Source: an uncultured bacterium | Lineage (GTDB): Bacteria > Chlamydiota > Chlamydiia > Chlamydiales > SM23-39 | Direction of reading: 5' to 3' | Length of the DNA: 64,000 nt | Assembly (NCBI GenBank): GCA_964424735.1 | Contig: CAYRJU010000005.1 | Coordinates: 5,009-69,008, forward strand | Part shown: positions 37,016 through 45,801 of the stretch, one piece after another | Position numbering within the stretch: the first letter of the stretch is position 1 | How the letters are laid out: every line of letters begins with the position of its first letter | Program-made: the position numbers and the translations under genes | Notes under the pieces: generated by a model | Database searches by the model: none | What the model was told of the DNA's origin: nothing | What the model saw: only the letters and a program-made list of their open reading frames with translations

Positions 37016-38656
37016 ATGCAGAAATTCAGTTATCTCTTTTCTCTAATAGGATCGATGGTCTTCGCGGCCACAGAAACCGACAGTTCCTTACTCAAAGGAG
37101 TTCTCATCGTCAATGAATCCTCCAAACTGCGAGAAGAAAATCTCGATAAAATTGAGGGCATTCAGTTCGATGGAGTGGTAAAAAATGAAGAGCTCGTCGA
37201 AGAATTGAGCCCATTTCTTTCCGATTTTTCTCTAACGGCCAATGGAGCAGAAGCTCTTTGTGCAGCGATCACGAATTACTATCATGATCACGAAGATATG
37301 AGGGTTGCTGTCACCCTTCCTGATCAAAACACCTCCAACGGGGTTGTTCAGCTCGTCGTCGCTCCAGAGCGTTTGGGAAAAGTGAATGTCAAAGACAATC
37401 AATATACGAGATCAGAGACTCTCAAGCGTCATGTTCGCCTTTCTGCGCATGAGCCGATCAATGAAAAGACCGTTACGCAAGATCTAGGTTGGATGAACAC
37501 CAATCCCTACCGCACTGTGAAAGCCGACTATCATGCATCTTCTCAGCCTGGTATGACCGATCTCGATCTCGTCGTATCTGATAAAAAGAGCTGGAAGATC
37601 TCGACTGGAGTAGAGAATACCGGTTCTATGCCAACAGGAGTGAACCGAATTTTCGCAGGGTTTAACGTGAATGATTTCATCTTCACAGACCACACTTTGA
37701 AAGTGCAAGCGACCACGACCAATCGCTACAAAGAGTATCAGTCTTATAAGGGAGAGTATATGGCTCTTCTTCCCTGGCGCAATACCTTGCGTGTATTTGG
37801 ATCTTATTCTGGTTCAACACCTGAGACCACACCCTATCCGAGAAAACATCGCCAGAGTTTTGAAGCGTCGGCTCGCTATGCGATCCCACAGTGGTTTGGA
37901 ACCAATCTTTGGGTCGATCAGATCACCTATGAAGCGGGAGCTGATTTCAAAGGAACGAATACCAACATCTTCTTTGAAGACGATGCGCTTCCTGTAGAGA
38001 AAAGACTTGCTTTCACAGGGCAGTTCGCAGCGAACGTCAGCGCCATTCGCAATCGTGAAGGAAGCAAACTGACAGCTGGGATAGATCTGATTGGCTCTCC
38101 TGCTCGTATGCTGCCTCACCAAACCAATGCAGACTACAACAACTTGCGCCAAGGGGCAACTCCTCAGTATGCCTATTCAAAACTCGCGCTTGCTCTGGAA
38201 CAAGAGTTTTACAACGACTGGAGCCTCTTTTTCCAAGGTAGAGGTCAGTATGCTTTTGCAGACTTGATTCCCTCTGAGCAGTTTTCTCTCGGCGGCTATA
38301 GCACAGTACGCGGCTACGATGAAAAAGTAGTGAGTGGCGATCACGCTGTCTGTGGAAACCTCGAGCTCAGAACTCCAGAGTTTACCGTTGCAGGGATTTG
38401 GCTTCCTAAATTTGCGGATAAGCTCAACTTCCTCGGGTTTGTCGATGGAGGTTATGCTTGGTTCCGTAGCCAAGTGGCCGATGCTCCCATCAAGCAAGGG
38501 CTTCTCAGCTTTGGCCCAGGCGTGCGCTATTCTGTAGCCTCTTACTTCACGAGCAGACTCGATATGGGTTTCCCCATCTTCCAAGTCGAAAAAGACAATG
38601 GACAAAAGGAAAATCTCAATCCCCATATCCACTTTAGTGCATCTTTAAACTACTAA
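37016..38656 (+). CDS. ShlB/FhaC/HecB-type two-partner-secretion transporter (TpsB)
   Basis: Signal peptide, POTRA-like N-terminal region, and LGGYSTVRGYDE in the beta-barrel. Confidence 0.8.
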   Translation: MQKFSYLFSLIGSMVFAATETDSSLLKGVLIVNESSKLREENLDKIEGIQFDGVVKNEELVEELSPFLSDFSLTANGAEALCAAITNYYHDHEDMRVAVTLPDQNTSNGVVQLVVAPERLGKVNVKDNQYTRSETLKRHVRLSAHEPINEKTVTQDLGWMNTNPYRTVKADYHASSQPGMTDLDLVVSDKKSWKISTGVENTGSMPTGVNRIFAGFNVNDFIFTDHTLKVQATTTNRYKEYQSYKGEYMALLPWRNTLRVFGSYSGSTPETTPYPRKHRQSFEASARYAIPQWFGTNLWVDQITYEAGADFKGTNTNIFFEDDALPVEKRLAFTGQFAANVSAIRNREGSKLTAGIDLIGSPARMLPHQTNADYNNLRQGATPQYAYSKLALALEQEFYNDWSLFFQGRGQYAFADLIPSEQFSLGGYSTVRGYDEKVVSGDHAVCGNLELRTPEFTVAGIWLPKFADKLNFLGFVDGGYAWFRSQVADAPIKQGLLSFGPGVRYSVASYFTSRLDMGFPIFQVEKDNGQKENLNPHIHFSASLNY

Positions 38657-38665
38657 TCTTTTTGT

Positions 38666-38696
38666 GAAAGGGCCCGCTGATTCCAGCGGGCTTTCT
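38666..38696 (+). terminator. Hairpin after the TpsB gene
   Basis: GAAAGGGCCCGCTG-ATTC-CAGCGGGCTTTC. The following T-run is weak. Confidence 0.45.
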
Positions 38697-38750
38697 TAAA
38701 AACGCTTCTTTGTTGTATCTTTGTTTCTCATTTAATTTTTGGAGTTAAAT

Positions 38751-39347
38751 ATGAGTACAATTACTCGATATCCTAAGTCGATTACGGATTTGCCTTTCTT
38801 TCCTACCGATAAGGATCCAGCAGGAAATCGGGCATGGGGCTACGAGACCCCTGAACAATATGACCAACAAACACAGGAGTATACTCTTGAGCAAAGGCAA
38901 AAAGGTGGAGCGTTTTGCTACCCACGAGTCCTTCGCATGGCTATTGTAAACGGGAATTTGCCCCTCATACAGCATGTTGTAGATCGAGCTTTAAAGGAAG
39001 CTCCCCTTCTTTTTCAAGAGTACTCCCTGTTGTTTTTTGCTGTTCATGATACCCTAGCTGATCAAGAAACTCGTCGCAAGATGGTCGCATTACTCTTAGA
39101 AAAAGGAGTTAGTCCCAATCGAGTAAACTGCAAAGAGGAGTCGATTTTTTCTGATGGAAAAGGGATCAGCCCTCTTTATTGGGCAGCTGCTCAGGGAGAC
39201 AAAGAGACAGCCCGCCTTCTCTTGTCTCATGGGGCCCTTCCAGCTAATTTAGATGCTGAAGATCGACAAATTCCTTTCGATCTTAAAGCAATGGCATTTG
39301 TTGACTCTGTACGTCAGGAAATGGAGGCAAACCAACCTGCACTTTAA
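38751..39347 (+). CDS. Ankyrin-repeat protein
   Basis: GISPLYWAAAQGDKETARLLLSHGALPA and preceding ANK-like repeats. ATG 38751 is preceded by GGAG. Confidence 0.7.
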   Translation: MSTITRYPKSITDLPFFPTDKDPAGNRAWGYETPEQYDQQTQEYTLEQRQKGGAFCYPRVLRMAIVNGNLPLIQHVVDRALKEAPLLFQEYSLLFFAVHDTLADQETRRKMVALLLEKGVSPNRVNCKEESIFSDGKGISPLYWAAAQGDKETARLLLSHGALPANLDAEDRQIPFDLKAMAFVDSVRQEMEANQPAL

Positions 39348-39353
39348 AGAGTC

Positions 39354-40265
39354 TCAAGCGGCCGCTGGCTTTTTCTCCGCCTGTTCTCGGCGGCTGCGGT
39401 AGAGAATATAGAGATTGCTTCCGACGATGATCATAGCTCCAATGATCGTGTGCTTCATGGGGGCTTTATCCCACCAGAAATAGTCGAGTAGGAAGACCCA
39501 GAAGAAGGTCGAGTAGTCGATAGGCGCAAGGGTTGATCCTTGAGCGAAGCGCAAAGAATGGGCAATTGCATATTGTCCAATCGAAGTGATCACGCCTACA
39601 ATGGCAAAAAATCCCCAATCGTGCCAAGAGAGAGGCTGCCAGCTCGTGATGAGAAAGGGAAAGGTGACGAGAATCATCGCGATATTGGGATAAACCGCAA
39701 TGGCCAAGCTGTGCTCTGTTGCCGCGAGGCGTCTCATCAGAATTTTATTTAAGCTGCCCAAAAAAGCTCCCATGAGAACGATGAGACCGGCCACTTCAAA
39801 AACGCCCTGATCGGGTTGCATGGCAACGATGACGCCGACCATCCCGATGGCAACGGCGATCCATTTTCCGATCGATACTTTTTCTTTCAGCATGAGGGCA
39901 CTTAAAATGATCATGAAGAGAGAAGAGGTGTAGCCAAGGGTATAGACAGTCGTGAGCGTGGCCTGCGAATAGGCAAACATGAAGGCATAGGTATAGGCGA
40001 GATTCACGGCGAGCCTGGCTGCGTGACGCATCGGATAGTGGGTTGAAAAAATCTGCTTGACTCCCCCCTGCATAAAGACCGCAAAGAGGAGGGGAATGAG
40101 GCGGGTAAAAGCTCTTAAAAAAGTGGTTTGACGAACCGAATAGGTTCCCATGAGCTGCTTGATGAAAGCATCGGATAGGGCATAGAGGGCAAGGCCGCCC
40201 AACATGAATAAAACGCCAACTAAGGCTCGGTTATGGTGCTTTCGGGAATCGGCAGTCACAGACAT
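39354..40265 (-). CDS. EamA/DMT-family transporter
   Basis: 10-TM pattern with two EamA-like halves. Confidence 0.8.
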   Translation of the reverse strand: MSVTADSRKHHNRALVGVLFMLGGLALYALSDAFIKQLMGTYSVRQTTFLRAFTRLIPLLFAVFMQGGVKQIFSTHYPMRHAARLAVNLAYTYAFMFAYSQATLTTVYTLGYTSSLFMIILSALMLKEKVSIGKWIAVAIGMVGVIVAMQPDQGVFEVAGLIVLMGAFLGSLNKILMRRLAATEHSLAIAVYPNIAMILVTFPFLITSWQPLSWHDWGFFAIVGVITSIGQYAIAHSLRFAQGSTLAPIDYSTFFWVFLLDYFWWDKAPMKHTIIGAMIIVGSNLYILYRSRREQAEKKPAAA

Positions 40266-40295
40266 TTAAATAAACCTTCTTTTTGAGCCCTACGA

Positions 40296-40991
40296 TCATA
40301 CCAAACTATAAATTTGTTCGGCAATCCGAAGATCGAACTCGGTCGTGATTTTAATATTTTTTTCATCACCGAGAACCACATGCACTTTTTTACCGAGACG
40401 CAATACTAGCTGGCAGTCATCGCTTGCATTGTCCTGATGAGTCCTTTCATGAGCTTCCAGAATCCAATCCATTCGAAAAGTTTGAGGGGTTTGACCGCGC
40501 AAATATTCTCCTCGATTGGGAATGCTGCCAATGACCTTGCCTCCGGGTGCGTGCACCAGCGTATCCATACTGGGAATGCAGGTGTCCACCGCTCCAAACT
40601 GGATAGCGGCTTCCACATTTTCTTTCAAAATCTTCTCGGTTACAAAGGGACGAACGGCATCGTGAATCAAGACGATATCGGGGCGTATCTTAAAACCTTT
40701 AAGACCGCAATAAGCCGATTCCTGGCGGGTTTTCCCTCCCACCACAGCCGTTTCTTCCTGAAGGCGATCGATCCAATTTGGATGGCAAACCAAGACGATT
40801 TCATCGAATAGCCCAGACGTCCTAAAGGTGTCCAGTGCATGGCGATAAATTTTTTTACTTCCGAGTAGGAGGAATTGCTTCGGTATCTCACTGCCCAGCC
40901 GTTCTCCAGCGCCTGCCATGAGGAGAATGGCGCCGATCCGTTTTCCCAAATACATACTCGACATGATATCCCATTGAGGGAAAATTGGCAT
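40296..40991 (-). CDS. ispD: 2-C-methyl-D-erythritol 4-phosphate cytidylyltransferase
   Basis: AGAGERLGSEIPKQF N-terminal motif and IspD length. A later ATG start is possible. Confidence 0.85.
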   Translation of the reverse strand: MPIFPQWDIMSSMYLGKRIGAILLMAGAGERLGSEIPKQFLLLGSKKIYRHALDTFRTSGLFDEIVLVCHPNWIDRLQEETAVVGGKTRQESAYCGLKGFKIRPDIVLIHDAVRPFVTEKILKENVEAAIQFGAVDTCIPSMDTLVHAPGGKVIGSIPNRGEYLRGQTPQTFRMDWILEAHERTHQDNASDDCQLVLRLGKKVHVVLGDEKNIKITTEFDLRIAEQIYSLV

Positions 40992-41018
40992 CTATCTTAG
41001 TCTAGATAGATCTTCAAC

Positions 41019-41091
41019 GCCTAAATAGCTCAGTTGGTAGAGCAGCGCATTCGTAATGCGAAGGTCGTCGGTTCGACTCCGGCTTTAGGCA
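41019..41091 (+). tRNA. tRNA-Thr (anticodon CGU)
   Basis: Manual fold: acceptor GCCTAAA/TTTAGGC, D-arm GCTC..GAGC, anticodon loop TTCGTAA, T-arm GTCGG TTCGACT CCGGC. Confidence 0.9.
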
Positions 41092-41156
41092 TTCTTAGAG
41101 ACTGGCTCTTAATTGCTAACAGCAGGCTTTAAGGCGGTCTGCTCCCAATTCTTTTT

Positions 41157-41381
41157 TCATGATAACCCCAAAAATCTCATGATTACGATAATCAGTGCTG
41201 CAATATAGGAAAGCGCCGCCACAGCGCAGAAAAAGAGCGTATGTGAAAGATAGATCGGCTTGTTAGTCTTTTTCCATTGATCCCAAGTGTGCAGCATTTT
41301 CGGCACGATAATGTAGCTTGGCAGCACTAGGAAAAAAATAAACGTAACACTTTTCAAAATGGATATGGTTTGTAAGTCCAT
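41157..41381 (-). CDS. Small two-TM membrane protein (74 aa)
   Basis: ATG 41379-41381 is preceded by AAGGAG. The longer track ORF (to 41681) reads through the palindromic element and is probably artefactual. Confidence 0.4.
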   Translation of the reverse strand: MDLQTISILKSVTFIFFLVLPSYIIVPKMLHTWDQWKKTNKPIYLSHTLFFCAVAALSYIAALIIVIMRFLGLS

Positions 41382-41439
41382 AGGTAGAACTCCTTGAAGG
41401 GATCGCATTCTATAGAATAAATATTTCTTGTCCAAGATC

Positions 41440-41620
41440 TTATTAACCCGAGACTCAAACAGGTGACAATCGACTTGCTGCGGCTTTGCCATATCGATCC
41501 TCGCTCGGAATCCTTCGTATTCAAGAATGTTCTTCCTCGCGACGACCGCGGGCAAGCCCGCTTCGATCTGGCTTTGCCTCGCCGAGTCGACTGTCACCTG
41601 TTTGAGTCTCGGGTTAATAA
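41440..41620. repeat. 181-bp MITE-like element with 36-bp terminal inverted repeats
   Basis: TTATTAACCCGAGACTCAAACAGGTGACAATCGACT (41440-41475) matches the reverse complement of 41585-41620 at 35 of 36 positions. The interior is GC-rich. Confidence 0.75.
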
Positions 41621-41779
41621 TGATGCAGCAAGAAAAATAGTGGAGTTGCAAAAAGTTGCACTTGGCGATCAAATCTAACAACAGGTAGCCTTATTTTACG
41701 ACAAGATCTGATCTTTTAGGAGTTTTGGAGAATGCTCCAAAGGGACATAGTCGTTATTACATGAAAAAAGAGTTGTAAC

Positions 41780-43000
41780 ATGAAAAGATGCTTGATTTCG
41801 ACGATCTCTGGCGTAGAGTATCCTTTCGATAGACTCGACGAATTTGCTGAAAACGGAGAGTCTCTTGAGGTTAAATTAAAGAGACGGACTCAAGCAAAAC
41901 CCAAAAGCGGAGCAACGATTTGGGAACGCTTTCAAGATTTTTTGCCGTTCGATCATTTTGATCCGTCTTGTTCTCTAGGAGAAGGATCTACTCCACTCTT
42001 GGAGTCTGGAACATTAGCCGAGCATGTAGGCCTAAAAACTCTGCTCTTGAAGAACGAGAGTGTAAATCCGACGTGGAGCTTTAAAGATAGAGGCTCTTTC
42101 CCATGTGTTTTAATGGCTAAGGAATGTAACGAGCATTTTGTCGCCACAATCTCTACAGGCAATATGGGAGCATCGCTCGCAGCTTACGGCGCTCGCTGCG
42201 GTATCCAACCGATTATTTTTATTCCTCCTACCTGTCCTGAAGAGAAGATTCGATCTATGGCCATTCATGGCGCTATAATCTTCAAAGTAGAGGCTCCAGA
42301 TTTTGGAAAAATGAAGCATAAAGTTTTAAGCCTCGCCGCCAAGTTGAAACTCCGAATTGTCTCCGGGAATGGGCCGATTCGTGTAGAAGGCTATAAATTT
42401 TGCGCCTTTGAGATGTTTGAAGAGTTGCATGGCCACGTCCCTGATTTCATCGCTGTGCCAACGTCAGCCTGCGGACACATTCGTGGCTTGTTCAAGGGAT
42501 TTAACGAACTATTCGAAGCGAAACTTATCAATCGCTTGCCTCGCATGATCATTGTGCAGGCTGCGAATAACAGTCCTCTTGTCACTGCACTGAAACAAGG
42601 GAAATCTAAGCCTGTACCTTTTTCCGATATCCATACGATCGCCAAAGCCATCACTACTGGAAATCCTATGGGTGGCGATGAGATTCTTCAAAAAGCCTAT
42701 AAGCACCACTGGCTAGCAGAAGACGTCACAGAAGAGGAAATATTGGTTGGACAACGGCTCTTAGCAAGGGCCGGCTTTTTTGTAGAGCCTTCATCTGCGA
42801 CATCTCTGATTGCGGTGAAGAAGCTGGTTGCGGCGGGAAAAATCAAACGAGATGAATCGGTAGTGCTGATGTTGACTGGTTCTGGCTTAAAAGATGCAGA
42901 GGTGTTTCAGCACCATCCAACAGATGTGATTGTTAGTGACATTTCTTCGATTGAAAACGATCTTGCTCGAGTCTTACACCTATCGAAACGTTTTCAATAG
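41780..43000 (+). CDS. thrC: Threonine synthase (PLP-dependent, fold type II)
   Basis: NPTWSFKDRGS PLP-lysine motif; 406 aa. Confidence 0.75.
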   Translation: MKRCLISTISGVEYPFDRLDEFAENGESLEVKLKRRTQAKPKSGATIWERFQDFLPFDHFDPSCSLGEGSTPLLESGTLAEHVGLKTLLLKNESVNPTWSFKDRGSFPCVLMAKECNEHFVATISTGNMGASLAAYGARCGIQPIIFIPPTCPEEKIRSMAIHGAIIFKVEAPDFGKMKHKVLSLAAKLKLRIVSGNGPIRVEGYKFCAFEMFEELHGHVPDFIAVPTSACGHIRGLFKGFNELFEAKLINRLPRMIIVQAANNSPLVTALKQGKSKPVPFSDIHTIAKAITTGNPMGGDEILQKAYKHHWLAEDVTEEEILVGQRLLARAGFFVEPSSATSLIAVKKLVAAGKIKRDESVVLMLTGSGLKDAEVFQHHPTDVIVSDISSIENDLARVLHLSKRFQ

Positions 43001-43031
43001 GCTTTAGGATGCAAATCTTTGACGAGAAAAG

Positions 43032-44117
43032 TTATTTTTTAATGCACAGTTGCACTTGAGGATTTTTGCATCGCATAAGATCTTCAAGTAGTTGTGTCCT
43101 CAAGGCTTCGTAAAATTCTGATTGATTGTCATACTCGTAAAATCCGCCATCGATAGCATTAATTGTGTCATAAAAACGGTATCTCCCAGGAGAGCATTGA
43201 AAAATTATCGTATGGCCTCCATAGTAATCTTTTTCTCGTTGATCTTGCTCACCTCCTCTAAGGAAAATCCTGCCTGCGGTAGTGCTGCTTGTGGATATAT
43301 TTGCAGATTTTAATAATTGCTCTAGGTTCGTCCGAAGAGTCTGAGAAGATTCCTTAATAGGGAAGGGTTCGGTTTGCAGCTCTTCCCAGGGGATAAATGA
43401 CTTTTGAATTTCAGTGATAATTTGGTTAAAAGCCAGAGCTAGCTCTTCCAATTTTTTCACTTTTTGTGGCTTGTCTGGATCTTCGTTTACCAGAGGCAGT
43501 CCTTGTGACTGGTTCCAGACATTTACGAAAGAAGGTGATCGTTCCCATTGGAGATCTTCTTGAACTCCTTTTTCAGCTACTTGGAAGCCTGCAAGCATAA
43601 AATGTACCAGCTGAAGATAAAAGGTATGGCGCAGATCCATAGATCTTAATAAATCAGGACACGAAGCGTGAGGATTTTTATCGATGATTTGGAGCAAACT
43701 GGTTGCAGATCCAAAACAATATCCTAATTTGAGGCTACTTTGGAAAAAAGAAAACGCAGCCTCATCGCTCTCGTAGCCTCTAATTTTTTTGAACGTTCCG
43801 TAATAAGGATGATGTTTCAGCTTTTCGAATGCGTCAGTCAGTAATTTCTCATACTGGACTGTTTTTTCTTTAACAAGGATAGGTGCTGCAGCGCGATGGC
43901 ACCATTTGTCGTAATGCTCGTAGGTTATTTCTCCTACAGCGTATGCAAACAACGATCCCACAGTACCGCTGATAGTCGTAGCTAGATAACCTAGTGCGCT
44001 AGCAGGATTCACAACTCCCCAAGCAATAGCAACTCCACCTACCAGAGTTGCATTCATAAAATTAACAGAATTATTTTTAGCTGCTTGGTTTCTCGAAATA
44101 TTTGTTTCTATTAACAT
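43032..44117 (-). CDS. Inc-like membrane protein with a C-terminal Cys-His-Asp papain-like module
   Basis: Bilobed hydrophobic segment ATLVGGVAIAWGVVNPASALGYLATTISGTVGSLFAYAVG (43932-44051). Candidate triad GYCFG, GGHTIIF and RFYD. The ATG overlaps the upstream stop (ATGTTAA). Confidence 0.6.
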   Translation of the reverse strand: MLIETNISRNQAAKNNSVNFMNATLVGGVAIAWGVVNPASALGYLATTISGTVGSLFAYAVGEITYEHYDKWCHRAAAPILVKEKTVQYEKLLTDAFEKLKHHPYYGTFKKIRGYESDEAAFSFFQSSLKLGYCFGSATSLLQIIDKNPHASCPDLLRSMDLRHTFYLQLVHFMLAGFQVAEKGVQEDLQWERSPSFVNVWNQSQGLPLVNEDPDKPQKVKKLEELALAFNQIITEIQKSFIPWEELQTEPFPIKESSQTLRTNLEQLLKSANISTSSTTAGRIFLRGGEQDQREKDYYGGHTIIFQCSPGRYRFYDTINAIDGGFYEYDNQSEFYEALRTQLLEDLMRCKNPQVQLCIKK

Positions 44118-45781
44118 TTGTCTTTTTGAAGAGCGGGCATGAGGGTAGAGGGAGAGAAGTAGCGACGCCAGATGTCTTGGTAGGTTGAGAGAATTGAGGA
44201 AATATTGATCACGTCGAATTGGGGATATTCCTTTTTCAGAATGGGAACGTCGAGGTTCCAATAGCGGTGTACGAAGGCCCACAGGCTCTCAACAACCGAG
44301 CCGGTACCTCGGTTCAGCGGGGTGGTATTTCCGATGAGCCAAACAAGCCCGATAAGCGATTTGTAAAACTCGTTCGGCTTATCGTTGGGATTTTGCGTCA
44401 AGACCGTTTGAAATAGATCTTCAATATCGGGCCATGTGACAGAAGGTACTACATTGCCATGGTGCCATCGAAACCACTCGAAATGGGTCATCGATTTGCC
44501 TTTGTAGGAAGAGGAGCAAACGTTCTGTTGGGTCAACTTCTCACTCGCAAGAGTATGCCCCCAACGATATCTGTCGCAAAGAGGTGTTTGAAAGGCAGTC
44601 GTTGGATCGTTGCGAAGATCCACCTGATCTCCCTGCCTTGCCTGATTGCGGAAGATGGCTATCTGTTCCACGAACCAGGCAGCTGTACGCTTTCCATTGG
44701 CCCCGGTGGGCAATTGGCGATATTTTTCGCCTTGAGGTTCTAAATTTTGACTTTGCTTGTAGGCGGTAAGAAGTTGGTTAACTAACTCAAAGCAGCGCTT
44801 CCCGTAGGCTCGATCTTTCTCTACAGAGGCTAAAGATGCATCGTCTTTTTGTTGGTAGGCGTTTTGTATGTAGGTGAGATCTTGGGGTTTATCATGCTGA
44901 GAGACATGGGGCAACCATTGTAGGCAGTCATGCTGTACCTCTTTTAATAGGGAGCGAATAGAGTTATGTCGAGAGGTCTCGAAAGATTGCACAAAGGGCT
45001 CGATCATCTCTTCCACAGTTTCAATTGGATTGAGCCGGAAAAGCGCAGTCCATTGACGGCGTAGTTCGGTGTCGTCGAGGCTTTTGAGTTTGTCAAAAAA
45101 TAACCTTGCCGTTTCTGTTTGGTTGCAAAGCGAAAGAGCAATGTCTAAATGATTGCATTTCACAGCCTCTTGAAGACATTCCTTCTGAAGCTGTGAGCTG
45201 ACTTTTCCGCGTTCTAGCAGCAGCTGAACACATGCAGCAGATTTATACTGACCCACCGCTTTTCTAAATAGGGCCTCTTCTTGAACCAAGCTGTGAGAGA
45301 TCAGAAAATCGACGCACGCCTTAAAGGCAGTTTGTTGTTCGGGTGTTTTTGTGTGAGGATTGAAATCGCAAATCGCCTCTTCCCATCGATGTGTGCTGAG
45401 CCCGAGCCTACCCAAAGAGTCTTTCTCTTCATTCAGCTTTTGAAGACAGGTGATCGGATCTACGATCAGCAGTATGTTTGCATGGGTCTGTACAGTGGTC
45501 ATGCACCGTTTTATCAAAACAAAAATCGCTACAATTAAAGGAATGATGAGAGTGATATAGCTCATGACCTTTAAGAGGGTCATATACCATTCGGATGTGA
45601 CTTTTTTTAAAGTTGTATCCACTATGACGGTATTCCCATGGGCAAACAGAATGGGGTGTACTTCCCGGTCTCCTAGATGGAAATAATCCTCTAAAGTCAT
45701 GTAGTTGCGAAATCCTTCCGTGAGCATTTGACTAGACGGGAAAATCCCACACTGACCTAAAGAAATATTACTCATAATCAT
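44111..45781 (-). CDS. Hypothetical single-TM protein (556 aa)
   Basis: One TM segment (MSYITLIIPLIVAIFVLI). No recognisable catalytic motif. Translationally coupled to the downstream gene. Confidence 0.6.
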   Translation of the reverse strand: MIMSNISLGQCGIFPSSQMLTEGFRNYMTLEDYFHLGDREVHPILFAHGNTVIVDTTLKKVTSEWYMTLLKVMSYITLIIPLIVAIFVLIKRCMTTVQTHANILLIVDPITCLQKLNEEKDSLGRLGLSTHRWEEAICDFNPHTKTPEQQTAFKACVDFLISHSLVQEEALFRKAVGQYKSAACVQLLLERGKVSSQLQKECLQEAVKCNHLDIALSLCNQTETARLFFDKLKSLDDTELRRQWTALFRLNPIETVEEMIEPFVQSFETSRHNSIRSLLKEVQHDCLQWLPHVSQHDKPQDLTYIQNAYQQKDDASLASVEKDRAYGKRCFELVNQLLTAYKQSQNLEPQGEKYRQLPTGANGKRTAAWFVEQIAIFRNQARQGDQVDLRNDPTTAFQTPLCDRYRWGHTLASEKLTQQNVCSSSYKGKSMTHFEWFRWHHGNVVPSVTWPDIEDLFQTVLTQNPNDKPNEFYKSLIGLVWLIGNTTPLNRGTGSVVESLWAFVHRYWNLDVPILKKEYPQFDVINISSILSTYQDIWRRYFSPSTLMPALQKDKC

Positions 45782-45801
45782 CCCTGAAAATTTAAAGTAT
45801 T

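Noticed and set aside
41382-41681. N-terminal 100 aa of the 174-aa ORF 41157..41681.
   Set aside because: This part is the translation of a palindromic element. The opposite-strand ORF gives the same peptide VDCHLFESRVN, and a good SD plus ATG lies downstream at 41379-41381.
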